DNA from: Planctomycetota bacterium
GTDB lineage: Bacteria > Planctomycetota > PLA2 > JAEUHO01
Direction: 5' to 3'
DNA length: 64,000 nucleotides
Assembly (NCBI GenBank): GCA_965223505.1
Contig: CBDCWP010000021.1
Span: 352,001 to 416,000, forward strand
The notes beneath the pieces are model-generated. The model was not told the DNA's origin. It saw nothing but the letters and a program-made list of their open reading frames with translations, and did no database searches. The position numbers were made by a program, and so were the translations under genes. Shown here piece by piece: positions 62,598-64,000 of this stretch; the first letter of the stretch is position 1, and each line of letters starts with the position of its first letter.

Positions 62598-64000
62598 GTG
62601 GACCCGAAGCGGTACCAGCGCATCCGAGAGGTCTTCTACCGCGCGGCCGAGCTCTCCGGAGAGGCCCAACGGGACTATCTGTCAAAGGCCTGTCGCGACG
62701 ACCGTCCCCTGCGCCGTGCCGTCGAAGGACTGCTCGGAGCGGAGCACGGTGCGACGGATACCCCGTCCCTGGCGGTACAGACCGGCGCCGTTCCCGAGAC
62801 GATCGGCGAGTACGAGCTCACGCGCGAGCTCGGCCGCGGCGGTATGGGCGCGGTCTACCTGGCGCGGGACGCGAACGGCCAGCACGTGTGCGTCAAGGTG
62901 ATGCACCCGACGTTGTTCGTTCACGAAACCGCCGGTGAGCGGTTTGCACGAGAAGCGGAGCTCGGTCGCCGGCTGGAACATCCGAACGTCGTTCGCACCC
63001 TCGACCACGGATCCGAGTCCACGCCGGCTGGCGACGTGCGCTACCTCGTCATGGAGTACGTCGATGGCCGCGATCTTCGCGCGATTCTGTCCGAGCACGG
63101 GTCGTTGTCCGATGGCCTCGTCCGGGAGATCGGAAGACAGGTGGCCGACGGCCTGGCTGCGATGCACGCGCACGGGATCGTGCACCGCGATCTGAAACCG
63201 GAAAACGTCATCGTCGACGGCGCGGTGCAAGCGCGGATCGTCGATCTCGGCATCGCGCTCTCAGAGGCGAGGGACACACGGCTGACGACGCCCGGCATGT
63301 TCATCGGTTCGCTTCATTACGCGGCGCCGGAACAGCTCGCCGGCGCGGCGGTCGACGGCCGGGCCGACCTGTACTCGCTTGGGGTCGTGCTGTTCGAGCT
63401 CGCGACGGGCCGGCCGCCCGGAGAGGGACACGATGAGGGGCCGAGCCTGGAGCGGCCGTCCCGGCAGGCGATCGAGGCCGCGTTGGACCAGGTCGATTCG
63501 TTGAGCGACTTCCTGCGGAGCCTCGTGCCCGCCTTGATGGCGGTCAGGCCAGAGGACAGGATCGCGTCCGCGACCGAGCTCGCGACGCTACTCGAAGAAG
63601 GGGAGGCGGGCGCGTGGTGGAAGAAGCAGGCGGAGGCGAGCCGCGGAACGCGCTGGCCCCGCGCGCTGGCACCGGCTCCGGCGGGACGATTCGTTGGGCG
63701 CGAAGGTGCGATGGAGAGGCTTCAGGCAGCGTGGGCCCAGGCGCGGGAAGGTGCCGGAGGGGTCGTGCTCATCGAAGGGGACCTGGGAGCCGGCAAGTCG
63801 AGCCTCGTCAGCGCGTTTCTCGATTCCATCCGGACCCAGGACGCGCAGGCGTTGTACGGCGCGTACGGCGCAGCCGGCACGGGGGCCATCGCCCACGCCG
63901 TACGCACGCGGTTTGGTTCCGCCGATCTCGCCAAGCGCTTGAGTCGCTTTCTCGATGCGGACACGGGCCTCGTGGAGCAGCTCCTTGGTAGCCCCCGGTA
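62598..64000 (+). CDS. Ser/Thr protein kinase fused to an AAA ATPase domain, runs off window end
   Basis: Own translation from GTG 62598: GRGGMGAVY, HRDLKPEN, DLG, GSLHYAAPEQ, then FVGRE and Walker A GDLGAGKS in the same frame. Confidence 0.88.
   Translation, partial: MDPKRYQRIREVFYRAAELSGEAQRDYLSKACRDDRPLRRAVEGLLGAEHGATDTPSLAVQTGAVPETIGEYELTRELGRGGMGAVYLARDANGQHVCVKVMHPTLFVHETAGERFAREAELGRRLEHPNVVRTLDHGSESTPAGDVRYLVMEYVDGRDLRAILSEHGSLSDGLVREIGRQVADGLAAMHAHGIVHRDLKPENVIVDGAVQARIVDLGIALSEARDTRLTTPGMFIGSLHYAAPEQLAGAAVDGRADLYSLGVVLFELATGRPPGEGHDEGPSLERPSRQAIEAALDQVDSLSDFLRSLVPALMAVRPEDRIASATELATLLEEGEAGAWWKKQAEASRGTRWPRALAPAPAGRFVGREGAMERLQAAWAQAREGAGGVVLIEGDLGAGKSSLVSAFLDSIRTQDAQALYGAYGAAGTGAIAHAVRTRFGSADLAKRLSRFLDADTGLVEQLLGSPR

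Overview
High-GC bacterial chromosomal segment. Planctomycetota is inferred from the expansion of large Ser/Thr kinase-TPR/WD40 proteins and kinase-linked ECF sigma factors. 1-12.9 kb holds host genes: nnrD, asparaginase II, a frameshifted DUF151 nuclease, a candidate UxxC thioredoxin-like selenoprotein hidden by an in-frame TGA, STAS, AraC, two tandem kinases and a VWA protein. 12.9-26.7 kb is a ~13.7 kb defence island integrated in tRNA-Ser(TGA), carrying a two-gene Lamassu-like system, a type I R-M system, Fic and a tyrosine integrase; the intact tRNA and the displaced 3' half differ by compensatory stem changes. 26.7-56 kb is a mosaic region with IS remnants, more kinases, a beta-helix protein, an ECF-kinase pair, a decayed copper-resistance cluster (copA, two TolC-like, YHS, antiporter::cusA chimera) inside a 406-bp direct repeat, a third degenerate tRNA-Ser copy and a signal-peptide-bearing tandem bacterial histone-fold protein. 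56-64 kb has a second candidate selenoprotein (Cys-Sec lipoprotein), an ECF-kinase pair and a partial kinase-AAA gene. All calls come from reading motifs by eye; no database searches were run. Several junctions and homopolymer frameshifts could be assembly artefacts.
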